Shown in pieces: positions 9,697-19,260 of a stretch of 64,000 nucleotides of DNA (the stretch's first letter is position 1; every line of letters starts with the position of its first letter). Below the pieces are notes generated by a model. That model saw nothing but the letters and a program-made list of their open reading frames with translations, had not been told where the DNA came from and searched no databases. The position numbers and the translations under genes were made by a program. The DNA lies in assembly GCA_963793265.1 (NCBI GenBank), contig CAWBZI010000001.1, positions 832,001 through 896,000 of the forward strand. The letters run 5' to 3'. Source of the DNA: an uncultured cyanobacterium (GTDB lineage: Bacteria; Cyanobacteriota; Cyanobacteriia; Phormidesmidales; Phormidesmidaceae).

Positions 9697-10521
9697 TTAA
9701 GGCAAAATCACGTTCACCAAAGGCTCAAACTTCGCTACCAAATCTGGCCGAGTCACCAGCGTCGGGAACGGATGCGTACTATAGTCCTTTCCCGCAATTA
9801 ACGGAAAAGAAGCCTTTCCATCAAGCTGCGTCCAGCTAGCTCCTGCAGCCTGTGTAATTGCCCAGACGGCGGCAATATCCCAAATTTTCGGCGTCGCTTC
9901 TACCGCGCCTAGGCTTACACCAGAGGCTACTGTCAGCAGGTTATAAGTCGCCACGCCCAGCATCCGAATTTTGCATGGGAAAGGTTTTTGCAGCACTTTA
10001 ATGCTGCGAGCACATAGGCTGAAAAAGTACGAACCGGAAGGCGCAGCCGCAGCGGTCTTAATAGGCTTTTCGTTCATGAAAGCGCCAGCGGGCACTGAAC
10101 CAGGCATCTCAGAAGCGGCAGATCCTGGCCAATAGCCGTAGAAGTGCTGGTCAAGCGTAGGAATATAGACATGGCCGAATACGGGCGTACCTTTGTAAAG
10201 TAGGCCGAGTGAGATTCCCCAAAGCGGAACACCTCTGGTAAAGTTTGTCGTTCCATCAATCGGATCGATCACCCAGCACCAGTCTGTACCAGGAAAAACG
10301 TGCTCAGCTTCTTCGCTTAAGACGCCGTGGTCGGGGAAGGTTCTTTTGATGCGATCGCTCAATTCCGCATCCGCCCATTTGTCGTACTCAGTGACTAAGC
10401 TACCATCGGCCTTTTGCTCAGCAGTAGCGCTGCCAAAGGCTCCTAGCAAATGCGCCCCCACTTCATGCGTCACCGATTGAGCAAAGCGGGTCACGTCGTC
10501 CCAAAAATTATCAGTTGTCAT
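9697..10521 (-). CDS. Inositol monophosphatase family protein
   Basis: KADGSLVT, LSEE, WVIDPIDGTTNF, WDIAA. Confidence 0.93.
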   Translation of the reverse strand: MTTDNFWDDVTRFAQSVTHEVGAHLLGAFGSATAEQKADGSLVTEYDKWADAELSDRIKRTFPDHGVLSEEAEHVFPGTDWCWVIDPIDGTTNFTRGVPLWGISLGLLYKGTPVFGHVYIPTLDQHFYGYWPGSAASEMPGSVPAGAFMNEKPIKTAAAAPSGSYFFSLCARSIKVLQKPFPCKIRMLGVATYNLLTVASGVSLGAVEATPKIWDIAAVWAITQAAGASWTQLDGKASFPLIAGKDYSTHPFPTLVTRPDLVAKFEPLVNVILP

Positions 10522-10619
10522 TATGTTATTTGGGCGGCCTGCGGCACCTGAATAGGAGTCTATCTAGTTTATATTCTGCGGTACAAATACCTCGTTTGTT
10601 TTTCGCTGAGTATTCTTTG

Positions 10620-10910
10620 CTAAGAGGCAGATCCATTAGCGCTAAGCCAGTTCGATAGATCTTCTACCCCAGAAAAATCTATTAGCGCTTCACTCAAAGC
10701 TTCGACTTGCTCATAAGACAGTTGATTGATTTGCTGCTGATCCGCTTCAGATACATCACCAACAAAGCGACGCAGTTGCCGCAGAACAACTAACTTACGG
10801 CGCTGAGTCACTTCTTGTAGTGCCTCTGCTTTGCCTTCTGCTTTGCCCTGCGCAATTCCTTTTGCCATACCCTCTTCTATGATGTCTTGGTAGATAGCTG
10901 ACTCTTGCAT
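10620..10910 (-). CDS. Candidate internal in-frame small ORF (RpnS-like antitoxin, 96 aa)
   Basis: The minus strand reads TTAGGAGTGATCTT-ATG(10910)CAAGAG: AGGAG lies 7 nt before an in-frame Met at the start of the C-terminal domain. Confidence 0.6.
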   Translation of the reverse strand: MQESAIYQDIIEEGMAKGIAQGKAEGKAEALQEVTQRRKLVVLRQLRRFVGDVSEADQQQINQLSYEQVEALSEALIDFSGVEDLSNWLSANGSAS

Positions 10911-11498
10911 AAGATCACTCCTAAGAATTCTTCGAATGGCTGATTTATTCAATACTAGCGCTGACAGAATAGCGGCGGTAGCGACCAAATTGCTTTGTTC
11001 GCTTTGAGTAGGAATTACCTGTATTCTTTCAGCAACTTGTCGTAGCGCGGCTTCTTTATCGTCAGTTTGGCTCAACGCTGCAAACGGTAGAAGCCCCGGT
11101 GCTGATAGAAACTTGTCTAGCGGTTGCTCCCACAGACGAACAACTTCAAAGCGATGCTGCGTATTCTCTAGCTCAAACGTAGTTTGCCAAGCCATATCGG
11201 ATTGAGTCTTCTCTAAATAGATCACGACCTGGCGCATCTTCTTATTTGGAAACCGGCGGTGAACTCTCACGCGGTAGTCAAGCATTCTGAAAGGTATGTC
11301 AGGCTTGGGGCGTGTCTGAAATTCAACGTGTAGGATAAGGGTTTCAGACTGGAGCAGAATGAGCGCATCGGCTCTGATAGGCTCTAGCGAAAGTTCTGAT
11401 GGGCTCAGCGTCGTTAGCGCGATTGGCTCGCCTAGTAGCCAAGTGGCAAAATCAGTTGGGAACGTTTCGATTAAGAATTTGCAAACGGTGTCGAACAT
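10620..11498 (-). CDS. Rpn family PD-(D/E)XK nuclease/putative transposase with DUF4351-like C-terminus
   Basis: MFDTVCKFL..., ELSLEPIRADAL, LHVEFQT, PFRMLDY, MQESAIYQDIIEEG, EGKAEGKAE repeats, and the tail LSYEQVEALSEALIDFSGVEDL..WL. Confidence 0.92.
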   Translation of the reverse strand: MFDTVCKFLIETFPTDFATWLLGEPIALTTLSPSELSLEPIRADALILLQSETLILHVEFQTRPKPDIPFRMLDYRVRVHRRFPNKKMRQVVIYLEKTQSDMAWQTTFELENTQHRFEVVRLWEQPLDKFLSAPGLLPFAALSQTDDKEAALRQVAERIQVIPTQSEQSNLVATAAILSALVLNKSAIRRILRSDLMQESAIYQDIIEEGMAKGIAQGKAEGKAEALQEVTQRRKLVVLRQLRRFVGDVSEADQQQINQLSYEQVEALSEALIDFSGVEDLSNWLSANGSAS

Positions 11499-11536
11499 GC
11501 TGTGCAGTTTAGCAGGCCAGCGATCAGTTCCTTTAT

Positions 11537-12997
11537 TTAGTCCAAATCGCTTTCTAGCGCGGCTGATATGGCTCGCTTTGCATCAGTCTTGAATTCTTCG
11601 ATATCGACTTTGCTAACGAGGGCGATCGCAACCACCATTCCCACTGCCTGAGTAACAAACACTAGCGAATAAGCAGGCAATAGCTGCTCAGCCGTCGGCT
11701 CTATCGCCGCCGCTGCCCCAGTAATATTTTTGCCCAAAGACAGCAGCGCGCCGCCCAAAACAGAAGCGCCGCCTCTAGCCAAAGATTGCGCGAGCCCCCA
11801 AGCACCAATAAACGTGCCCGCCGTCTCAGCCGCCGTCAAATCAAGCATTAAAATAATCGATCCGGTGGTCAAAAGCCCTGCCGCTAGCCCAAACAATCCC
11901 ACGGCCCCACGTAGCATCCAGGGATTAGCCGTTATCCCAGAGAGCGCCAGTAGAATTAAACAAACCGCAGCCGCAACACAGCCTACTTTAACGGTGTTCT
12001 TTTTACCTAATAGAGGCACTAATACAAAGCTCGTACCAATAATGCCTAGCAGCGTACCGCCGCCGAAAAAGCCGTTGAGCGCCGTCGTTTGCTGAATGCT
12101 CATGTCAAAGATTTGACCGCCATAAGGCTCTAGCACCGTATCTTGAGTAAAAATGCTCAGGCTTAGTACCAGCAAAAAGCAAAAGAAAATGCCGGTTTGA
12201 CGGCTCGCTGTCAGCACCTTAATAGCCTGCTTCAGCGTCACGCTATCTTCTCGGCTACTAGCACTCGAACGCGCTTCTAACCGCGAGTACCGTTTCTCTA
12301 CGCCCGCTGTGCTGATAACCGCAAGTCCGCAAACGATCATAGGCGCAATGATAAAAAGGCGGTTCACCGGGCCACGTAGTTCAGCCACCGAAGAAGCGCC
12401 TTCCAAAGACTTCAAAACGGTCGCGATAATCGCCACGCCAGCCACAATACCCAGCATCAACATAGACCAGCTAATGCCGACAATCTTAGATTTGGTTTTA
12501 TCGTCTGAAACGTCAACAAGTAGCGCGGTAAAAGGCGTTGAAGCTGCTGATAGCGCTAGACCATAAAAGGCGAATACCACCGCAAGTAAGCCCACCCATG
12601 GGTAAGCATCCGCAGTCCAGCCAAATTGCTCGATGTTCTCGCCTAGTCGCCATATCACCTGTACGGCTATAAAGGCGATCGCACCCATACTGGCAATACC
12701 TAGCCAAATGTAACCGCTGCGATAGTGACCAAACAGCGGTTTAGCATCCGACATTTGACCAAACCAAACGCGAGCTGGGGCCATAAACTGATGCACCGCG
12801 ATTGCCCCTGCTGCCACTAGAGCAGGCACCTGTAGCTCGTCAATCATTACGCGATTGAGCACGCCCAGGGTCAACAGTGACATGATGCCAAGCCCCATAT
12901 TAAAGATGCCTAAACGGAACATGGTCAGCAGCCCAATTTGAGGAACCTCAGGGTTCTTAGCAGCGCTCGCTACCGCAGGTATATTAGTGCTAGCCAT
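11537..12997 (-). CDS. BCD-family (PucC-like) MFS transporter
   Basis: RLGIFNMGLG...LNRVMIDEL...PARVWFGQMSD...AGTFIGAWGLAQ; about 12 TM segments. Confidence 0.9.
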   Translation of the reverse strand: MASTNIPAVASAAKNPEVPQIGLLTMFRLGIFNMGLGIMSLLTLGVLNRVMIDELQVPALVAAGAIAVHQFMAPARVWFGQMSDAKPLFGHYRSGYIWLGIASMGAIAFIAVQVIWRLGENIEQFGWTADAYPWVGLLAVVFAFYGLALSAASTPFTALLVDVSDDKTKSKIVGISWSMLMLGIVAGVAIIATVLKSLEGASSVAELRGPVNRLFIIAPMIVCGLAVISTAGVEKRYSRLEARSSASSREDSVTLKQAIKVLTASRQTGIFFCFLLVLSLSIFTQDTVLEPYGGQIFDMSIQQTTALNGFFGGGTLLGIIGTSFVLVPLLGKKNTVKVGCVAAAVCLILLALSGITANPWMLRGAVGLFGLAAGLLTTGSIILMLDLTAAETAGTFIGAWGLAQSLARGGASVLGGALLSLGKNITGAAAAIEPTAEQLLPAYSLVFVTQAVGMVVAIALVSKVDIEEFKTDAKRAISAALESDLD

Positions 12998-13080
12998 CGG
13001 TGTTTTCTTCGCGTCTTATCAGTGCTAACAGCTTAGGGGATTCTATCGGCAAGTATTGAACACATCAAAAAAATTCGCAT

Positions 13081-13114
13081 AAGAAAAGCGGACGATCTGT
13101 GTAGACCCTCCGCT
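13081..13114 (-). terminator. Rho-independent terminator downstream of hsp20
   Basis: Minus strand: AGCGGAGGGTCT-ACAC-AGATCGTCCGCT followed by TTTCTT. Confidence 0.65.
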
Positions 13115-13247
13115 GTATGTACCTAAAAATTTGAATTCAAGACCTCGTTGTCTTAAAAAGTCTCTGTCTAGCAGAGGTTGCCTCAAAGGTGAGCGTAAAC
13201 CTTGGCTCGCGAGTCTCCCAACGGCAAGCCAGGGTTTTGCATGTCAG

Positions 13248-13769
13248 CTATGCGTTGCCTTCGGTGTCAGACTCAGTAGCTTCAGAATCAGTCGATTCGG
13301 ACTCAGTAGCTTCAGCGATCGCCGCAGGCTTAGCACCCGCAACGTTTACTTTGACTACCTTATTGCGCTCATCTTCTGCCTTGGGCAGCGTCAGCACCAA
13401 GAGCCCTGCTTCGTAGTCAGCCGTGACCGATTTAGGATCAATGGCGACGGGTAAGGAAACCACGCGGCGGAATGAACCATAGCGGAACTCGTTGCGGCGA
13501 AGCTTTTGGCCTTCGCCTAGTTCAGGGGTGGTGCGATCGCCCGAAATAGCGACCACTTCTCGGCTAGCCTGCACGTCAATATTGTCAGCATTTACGCCGG
13601 GTAGCTGAACGTGCAGCGTCAAAGCATCTTCGCTTTCAACCAAGCTCACAGCAGGCGTCCAGGTAGTCGGGGCAGTCTCTACGCCAGCAAAATCCTCAAA
13701 TAGCTGATCGAGCTGCTGCTTAACGGTGTTGAACTCTTGAAAGGGTTGCCAATAACGACGAACAATCAT
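13248..13769 (-). CDS. hspA: Hsp20/alpha-crystallin small heat shock protein
   Basis: WQPFQEF...QLDQLF, WTPAVSL.E, LPGV, EFRYGSFRRVVSLP, ADYEAGLLVLTLPK, VVKVNV; acidic repetitive tail. Confidence 0.95.
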   Translation of the reverse strand: MIVRRYWQPFQEFNTVKQQLDQLFEDFAGVETAPTTWTPAVSLVESEDALTLHVQLPGVNADNIDVQASREVVAISGDRTTPELGEGQKLRRNEFRYGSFRRVVSLPVAIDPKSVTADYEAGLLVLTLPKAEDERNKVVKVNVAGAKPAAIAEATESESTDSEATESDTEGNA

Positions 13770-13945
13770 GTTGTGTATCTCCGAAAGTGCGATGTATTTA
13801 TGATGCCAATCGCAAGGGGTATTCGGTGAGTGCTATAACCCTCACCTAGCGGTAGAGGATGCCGACATTCGGTTGATATACGGTAAATACGGCTGTCGAT
13901 ACCGATTGGTAGCCTGCTGCATTAAGCCTATTACTCACAGATGCT

Positions 13946-14746
13946 ATGCCTTCAACTATCCGTCAAACTGCTCTGATCACAGGTGCCTCTAACGGCATTG
14001 GCTTAGCACTCGCCAAAAGATTCGCTGCCGAGAATCATGATTTGATTTTGGTCGCTCGCAGTGAAGATAAGCTACAGGCGCTCAAGATAGAACTCAGCAG
14101 CAAGCATGGTATCGAAGCTCACGTATTCAGCTACGACCTCACGCAGCCAGACGCCTGTCAGTCGCTCTTTGATCGCACTCAGCAAGCGGGCCTTCAGGTT
14201 GATGTTTTGGTCAATAATGCAGGCTATGGCGACTATGGCGACTTCGTAGAAACTGACTGGGAAAAGCAGCAGGGCATGATCTCGCTCAATGTGATGGCAA
14301 TCACTCACCTCACCCATTTGTTTTTACCCGCAATGGTGCAGCGCGACTCGGGCAAAATTCTCAATGTGTCGTCTACTGCGGCCTTTCAACCAGGGCCAAA
14401 GATGTCAGTTTATTTTGCGACTAAGGCATATGTGCTTTCGTTTAGTGAGGCGATCGCAGCCGAAACCGACGGCACTGGCATCAGCGTCACCGTCCTTTGC
14501 CCCGGCCCCACCCAATCTGGCTTTATCGACAACGCCAACATGGGAAAAATGGCCGCTGCTGATGCGATTTCAGAAGACAAGCTGCCTTCCTCAAAAGAAG
14601 TGGCTGACTTTGGCTATGAAGCGCTGCAAAAAGGCCAGGTTGTCGCTGTACATGGCACCCTTAATAAGTTAATGACTTTCTCTAACCGATTAGCCCCTAG
14701 AGCTGTTATTCGCAAGGGCGTTAAGCAGTTTATGTCCTCTAAATAG
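13946..14746 (+). CDS. SDR family oxidoreductase
   Basis: TGASNGIG, VNNAG, YFATK (YxxxK), CPGPT. Confidence 0.95.
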   Translation: MPSTIRQTALITGASNGIGLALAKRFAAENHDLILVARSEDKLQALKIELSSKHGIEAHVFSYDLTQPDACQSLFDRTQQAGLQVDVLVNNAGYGDYGDFVETDWEKQQGMISLNVMAITHLTHLFLPAMVQRDSGKILNVSSTAAFQPGPKMSVYFATKAYVLSFSEAIAAETDGTGISVTVLCPGPTQSGFIDNANMGKMAAADAISEDKLPSSKEVADFGYEALQKGQVVAVHGTLNKLMTFSNRLAPRAVIRKGVKQFMSSK

Positions 14747-14763
14747 CGGGGGTGTTTGGTCAG

Positions 14764-15084
14764 CTAACGCCAGGGCGATCGCACCTCAAACGAAATAGAA
14801 TCCCGCACCGAGGGCTCAGCAATCGACACGGGCTTTTCTAGATTATTTTTTGTTTTACTCTCAGCACTTTCTTCGGTGGAAGTCGAGGCGATCGCACTGC
14901 CTTTTGCCGTCTCTGCGGGCTTCACCAACTTCGGCAAATGAGCCGCATTACTCGCTGCTGCTAAACCCATCCCACCCAAAACAAGGCCCACACCAGAAGG
15001 GTGCCAGCTTCCAATTTGAGCAACCCACTCAAACAGCTCAGCGCCCACGAACAGCAGTAAAAAACAAGCCAGCCAAAACTTCAC
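14764..15084 (-). CDS. Hypothetical membrane protein
   Basis: Two hydrophobic N-terminal segments ending LAAASN, and a C-terminal SISF motif. Confidence 0.7.
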   Translation of the reverse strand: MKFWLACFLLLFVGAELFEWVAQIGSWHPSGVGLVLGGMGLAAASNAAHLPKLVKPAETAKGSAIASTSTEESAESKTKNNLEKPVSIAEPSVRDSISFEVRSPWR

Positions 15085-15178
15085 AGCAACCTACCTTTCT
15101 TTGCCAAATTCACCTGCAAACTCAATCGGTATCAATGGCGCTAAAGTAAGAAGATACCCCATACTGCGATAAGTTTCC

Positions 15179-15997
15179 GTGAAAGACCACTCCCCCGAAG
15201 CGCCGTTCAGAGGCGTGACTCTGCTCTCCAACCGCGAAATTGACGCCATGCGCCCGGCCTGTCGGCTCTCCTCTGAGCTGCTGGATTTTTTGGCACCGAT
15301 GGTCAAGCCAGGCGTAAGTACGCTAGAGCTAGACGATGCCGCTGAAAGATGGACTCGCAAGCACGGGGCAACCAGCGCTCCCCTTGGCTATCCCGGCCCA
15401 GAAGGCGCTATTCCCTTTCCCAAATCAATTTGCACCAGCATCAACGAAGTCGTTTGCCACGGCATTCCAAACAAACACGACATTCTACAAGATGGCGACA
15501 TCATCAATATAGATGTTACGCCTTTCTTGAATGGCTACCACGGCGACAGCTCGCGCACGTTTATGGTGGGCGAGGTTGACCCAGCAGCGCGCAAGCTCGT
15601 AGAGGTGACTGAAAAAGCGCTATGGAAAGGAATTGAAGCGGTTAAAGTTGGCGGACGTATCGGTGATATTGGCGCTGCTATTCAGGAATACGCTGAAGCA
15701 GAAGGCTTTTCAGTCGTGCGTGACTTTGTAGGCCACGGTGTTCATCGCATTTTTCATACCGAACCGCAGGTGCCTCACTATGGCATTCGCGGCAAAGGCA
15801 AGAAAATTCGGCCCGGCATGGTTTTCACGATTGAACCGATGCTTAACATTGGCACTCATGAAGTAGAGCTTCAGGACGACCAGTGGACAGCCGTTACCAA
15901 AGACGGTGAACTTTCGGCTCAGTTTGAACACACGCTAGCCGTTACAAAATCAGGCGTAGAAGTGCTGACCTACTTGCCGGTTGCAGTCGTTGTATAG
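15179..15997 (+). CDS. map: Type I methionine aminopeptidase
   Basis: CTSINEVVCHGIP, GDIINIDVT, HGDSS, GHGV...HTEP, FTIEPM, SAQFEHT. Confidence 0.97.
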   Translation: MKDHSPEAPFRGVTLLSNREIDAMRPACRLSSELLDFLAPMVKPGVSTLELDDAAERWTRKHGATSAPLGYPGPEGAIPFPKSICTSINEVVCHGIPNKHDILQDGDIINIDVTPFLNGYHGDSSRTFMVGEVDPAARKLVEVTEKALWKGIEAVKVGGRIGDIGAAIQEYAEAEGFSVVRDFVGHGVHRIFHTEPQVPHYGIRGKGKKIRPGMVFTIEPMLNIGTHEVELQDDQWTAVTKDGELSAQFEHTLAVTKSGVEVLTYLPVAVVV

Positions 15998-16917
15998 GGT
16001 GTTAGCGGTGGGCCTGGAGGTTGAGTTTTTGGGCGAGCTATTTTGGCGAACTGGCTAGCGATCGCCCCCAACAAAATCAACCCCAACAGGCCCGCCAGCG
16101 GGTTATTATCTACGCCTGTCACCCACTCAGGCACCCGCTTCGTATACGCACTTAGCCCGCCCACATTTACAATGTAATAGCCCCAAATTAGTCCAGCATG
16201 TAAGCCAATCGGATACGCCAGGCTACTCACTGCCCCACGCCCGCGCCTTTGCCCGCTGCGCCGCGCCCATACCAGCGCCATCCCTAAAATCACCAGCCCC
16301 AAAAACTGCGGAAACGTCCGCACAATCTCCGGCCAAGGCTTAATAAAGTGAGTCGCTGCAAAAAATAGGGCATTCATCACCAGCGCTGCCGTAGCGCTGT
16401 AGTTCTTTTCGAGTTCAGCCAGCAGCCAGCCTCGAAACAACATCTCTTCAGCAAAGCCAACGGCCAGCGCCATCACTAGCCCTTCTACAATAAACTGACC
16501 GAGCCGAGCACTCGGCGCACTCGGCATGGCCCAGCCCAGCAGCATTTCTATACCGAACAGAGCGAATACGCCTAAGACCCCGATAGCCATTGCCAGCCAC
16601 AAGTCTCGCGCACTCTGCGGCTGCACAATCAGGCCGCATCGTTGAAACGGCCTGCGCCAATGATGAATGCGTTTTCCCCAAACCGGGAGGCCATACAAAA
16701 AGCCCGCATATAGCAGCACCAGCGCCACAATTTCAGCGGTGCCGGAGCGGTCGAACACATAGCCAAGCCAGTACACGGGCAAAGCAAAGGGGAGCCAGGC
16801 GATCGCTAGCATCCCCAAAAAAATAAACACACGCGGCCAAGCGCCAAGCGTCCTGATAAGCGCTTCAAACCGCACCCAGCTTTTGAACCGCGCTCTATCG
16901 GATGGGTCTACAGACAC
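15970..16917 (-). CDS. CPBP (CAAX/Abi) family intramembrane metalloprotease
   Basis: EEMLFRGWL, FAATHF, IGLHAG motifs; overlaps the 3' end of map tail-to-tail by 28 bp. Confidence 0.9.
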   Translation of the reverse strand: MSVDPSDRARFKSWVRFEALIRTLGAWPRVFIFLGMLAIAWLPFALPVYWLGYVFDRSGTAEIVALVLLYAGFLYGLPVWGKRIHHWRRPFQRCGLIVQPQSARDLWLAMAIGVLGVFALFGIEMLLGWAMPSAPSARLGQFIVEGLVMALAVGFAEEMLFRGWLLAELEKNYSATAALVMNALFFAATHFIKPWPEIVRTFPQFLGLVILGMALVWARRSGQRRGRGAVSSLAYPIGLHAGLIWGYYIVNVGGLSAYTKRVPEWVTGVDNNPLAGLLGLILLGAIASQFAKIARPKTQPPGPPLTPYTTTATGK

Positions 16918-16956
16918 TATCTCTCACCAAAAACAACCTATACCTAACGATCAGGC

Positions 16957-17250
16957 TTAATCGTCAGGCTCAATCGTACTGGTTAATCCCTTGCTACATA
17001 AACTCTCACAATAAAACTCAGCGTGCTCTAGTTCACACACAATCACTAGCCCTTTGCCCGAGTTGTGCGCCTGCATCATAATGTCAATCGCCTGAGGCTC
17101 GGTCAGTGCAGGCACCGTTTCAACCAAGCAGCCCACCACATACTCCATCCCGTTAAAGTCGTCGTTGTGTAGCAAGACTCGGTATCGAGGGGCTATTTTA
17201 CGAACCGTTGTAGTGATCGGCTTTTCAATAGTTCCAATAGAGGTTGGCAT
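16957..17250 (-). CDS. clpS: ATP-dependent Clp protease adaptor ClpS (second paralog)
   Basis: YRVLLHNDDFNGMEYVV...IMMQAHNSG...EHAEFYCESL. Confidence 0.95.
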   Translation of the reverse strand: MPTSIGTIEKPITTTVRKIAPRYRVLLHNDDFNGMEYVVGCLVETVPALTEPQAIDIMMQAHNSGKGLVIVCELEHAEFYCESLCSKGLTSTIEPDD

Positions 17251-17525
17251 AGTTTGTTAACACGCTCCTTGTTGCCTTAAGTTAGAACGCCTCATGTGAG
17301 GCGATCACTTGTAGATTTTTAAATTCTATCGTTAGAGTTTATCTATAGGACAGGAAAGTCAAAGACTTTCAGCCAAAAGCACTATGGCCGCGTCCTACAG
17401 CTATATGTGTAATTCAGACAACTCTGCGCCTAAGAAACTATGAAGAATGATAGGATAAGCAAATATCTACGATTCTTAATATATCTTAAGCAAAATCAAA
17501 ACGCTTTAGCAGTTGTACCCTCCTT

Positions 17526-17981
17526 ATGAGCATCGCCCCCTCACAGATTCTCTATCTAGAGCATGGCGCTTCTCGCCTGTACGCAGAAGCTATCCAGATT
17601 ATAGAGAATCGCCACCTCTGCTGGGCCAGACCAACCCTTCTTATTCAAGGTCTACCAGAAGCTATCTCAGCAGAGTTTAGTACGCACTCAGACGCTCGTC
17701 AGGCTGCGATCACCACTGCTGTGGCCACCCCCGAGCACACCCACCTCAATCTATATGACCTAGAAGGTGGCCCTGATTTAATCTGGCCGCTTGAGCTATT
17801 TCAAATTGCCTTCGACGTTGACTTTTTCTCTTTGCTAGTGCAATTGAAAATAAATCCTAACAAGACTTCACAGCAGCACAGCGGAAAACAGCTCAACGAA
17901 TTTATCCACAGTTTTTGGCACACCAACGCCAATTTCTTCGATGCTCAACCCAGCGAACTACCTTCGATCGATGCCCTTTAG
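17526..17981 (+). CDS. Hypothetical protein
   Basis: 151-aa ATG ORF (LYAEAIQI...LCWARP...LYDL..GPDLIWP). Confidence 0.75.
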   Translation: MSIAPSQILYLEHGASRLYAEAIQIIENRHLCWARPTLLIQGLPEAISAEFSTHSDARQAAITTAVATPEHTHLNLYDLEGGPDLIWPLELFQIAFDVDFFSLLVQLKINPNKTSQQHSGKQLNEFIHSFWHTNANFFDAQPSELPSIDAL

Positions 17982-18849
17982 CTCGCTTCAGAAACTACTA
18001 GCTGGCTTTAACGACCACAGCTCTCAAAAAATATCAAATGAGCTGTGCCTATATTTGAGGTGGCTGTTCTCTAGCAATGCGTTTTTGTCCTGCTTATAGG
18101 GTTGCGTATGCAGAAAACAAAGTTTGTAGGGAAATCGATGCTGCAGAAGAACCTTACTGAATTCGTATTTGTGTTGGTGAGCATCAAGCGCTTTGCAATG
18201 CGTTAGTTTGTATCCAAAAATACCGAAGAATTTTCTCGAAAAGTAGCCTCTGCTACGACACACGACAAGCGCTTTTCTCCTGGTGTTCACTGATAACAAT
18301 TCATACAACAAAAGTGCTGCTGATATGATTTTAGGTGATTGATTAATAGGAACAAAAAAATTTTATTGGTATCTATATTTATATCAACAGAAGTGGAGGT
18401 GAAAATGTCGTATAGCTTGATTTAGCGTGTGTCTACGCATGAAAAGCTACCTTTTGGCTTCTAGGACTAGGTGCTCAAACGGTTGGGCAATCTATGTCAA
18501 AAGGCATATTGAACCAACTTTAACTGGCTCATACGATTTGTATTAGGAAGCACAGCAGCTTTAGCTAAATATAAAGTTAAGTAGGAGTACTTACTAGAAA
18601 CTTTAAACAAGCGCTACACAGGTCAAGATTTCGACAATTATACGGTTGATGCCTAGCTTGCTTCTGGTATTCCCGCTATGTTTGTTGCCATGTGCTCGCA
18701 ATGAGTGCTCTCGTCATATTATTCACGAAGGCACCTGCTAGCAAAACATCTTTAGCGATAGTTAACAAACGCCTAATTCGCAAGGGTTTAGATAGTTTTC
18801 AGTAGTTAAGTAGACCAATTTTAGTAAAGCCGACCGAGGAGAGAGTGAT

Positions 18850-19173
18850 ATGTCAGTTCGTACCCCTTCTGTGACCGTGATTTGTCCTTCTGGCATTTTG
18901 AATGCTGAGAGCGCTTGTAACTTCGAGCAGCAGCTTATTTCGGCTATTCACTCAAGCTGTGATGGCGAGCTGGTAGTTGATATGAGCAACGTCGAGTCTT
19001 TGGACAATGCTGGTCTGGTTTCTTTTATGTCAGCACTCAATACCGCGCGTTCTCAGAGTAAGCGGCTTAGCATTTGCTCTGCCCCACCGGCTATCCGTAT
19101 CGTCTTTGAGCTAACTCAGCTAGATCGCGTATTTACAATGGTAGAGCAGGCACCTATTGCGATCGCAGCCTAA
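18850..19173 (+). CDS. STAS-domain anti-sigma factor antagonist
   Basis: LVVDMSNVESLDNAGL...VFELTQLDRVF; GAGGAG upstream. Confidence 0.9.
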   Translation: MSVRTPSVTVICPSGILNAESACNFEQQLISAIHSSCDGELVVDMSNVESLDNAGLVSFMSALNTARSQSKRLSICSAPPAIRIVFELTQLDRVFTMVEQAPIAIAA

Positions 19174-19260
19174 CTGACTCACTTCAACCCTATTCGTGGA
19201 CTTAATCTACGCTCCCCACTGGGGGAGAGCTGTAGAAAAGGGTTTGCGCTTTATTTAGAT

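Noticed and set aside
10620..11498. Rpn gene as an IS element
   Set aside because: No terminal inverted repeats, target duplication, or DDE/HUH motifs were seen.
13810..13836. Full CIRCE element upstream of hsp20
   Set aside because: Only one arm (GAGTGCTA) matches; the partner arm 9 nt away does not.
15970..16917. CPBP/'Abi' protein as phage defence
   Set aside because: It is an ordinary CAAX-type membrane protease next to clpS; the Abi label does not imply abortive infection.
1849..17250. Two clpS genes as a recent duplication
   Set aside because: The sequences are divergent, and two ClpS paralogs are normal in cyanobacteria.
18024..18311. 95-aa minus-strand ORF
   Set aside because: Non-ATG start, no recognisable motif, atypical composition.
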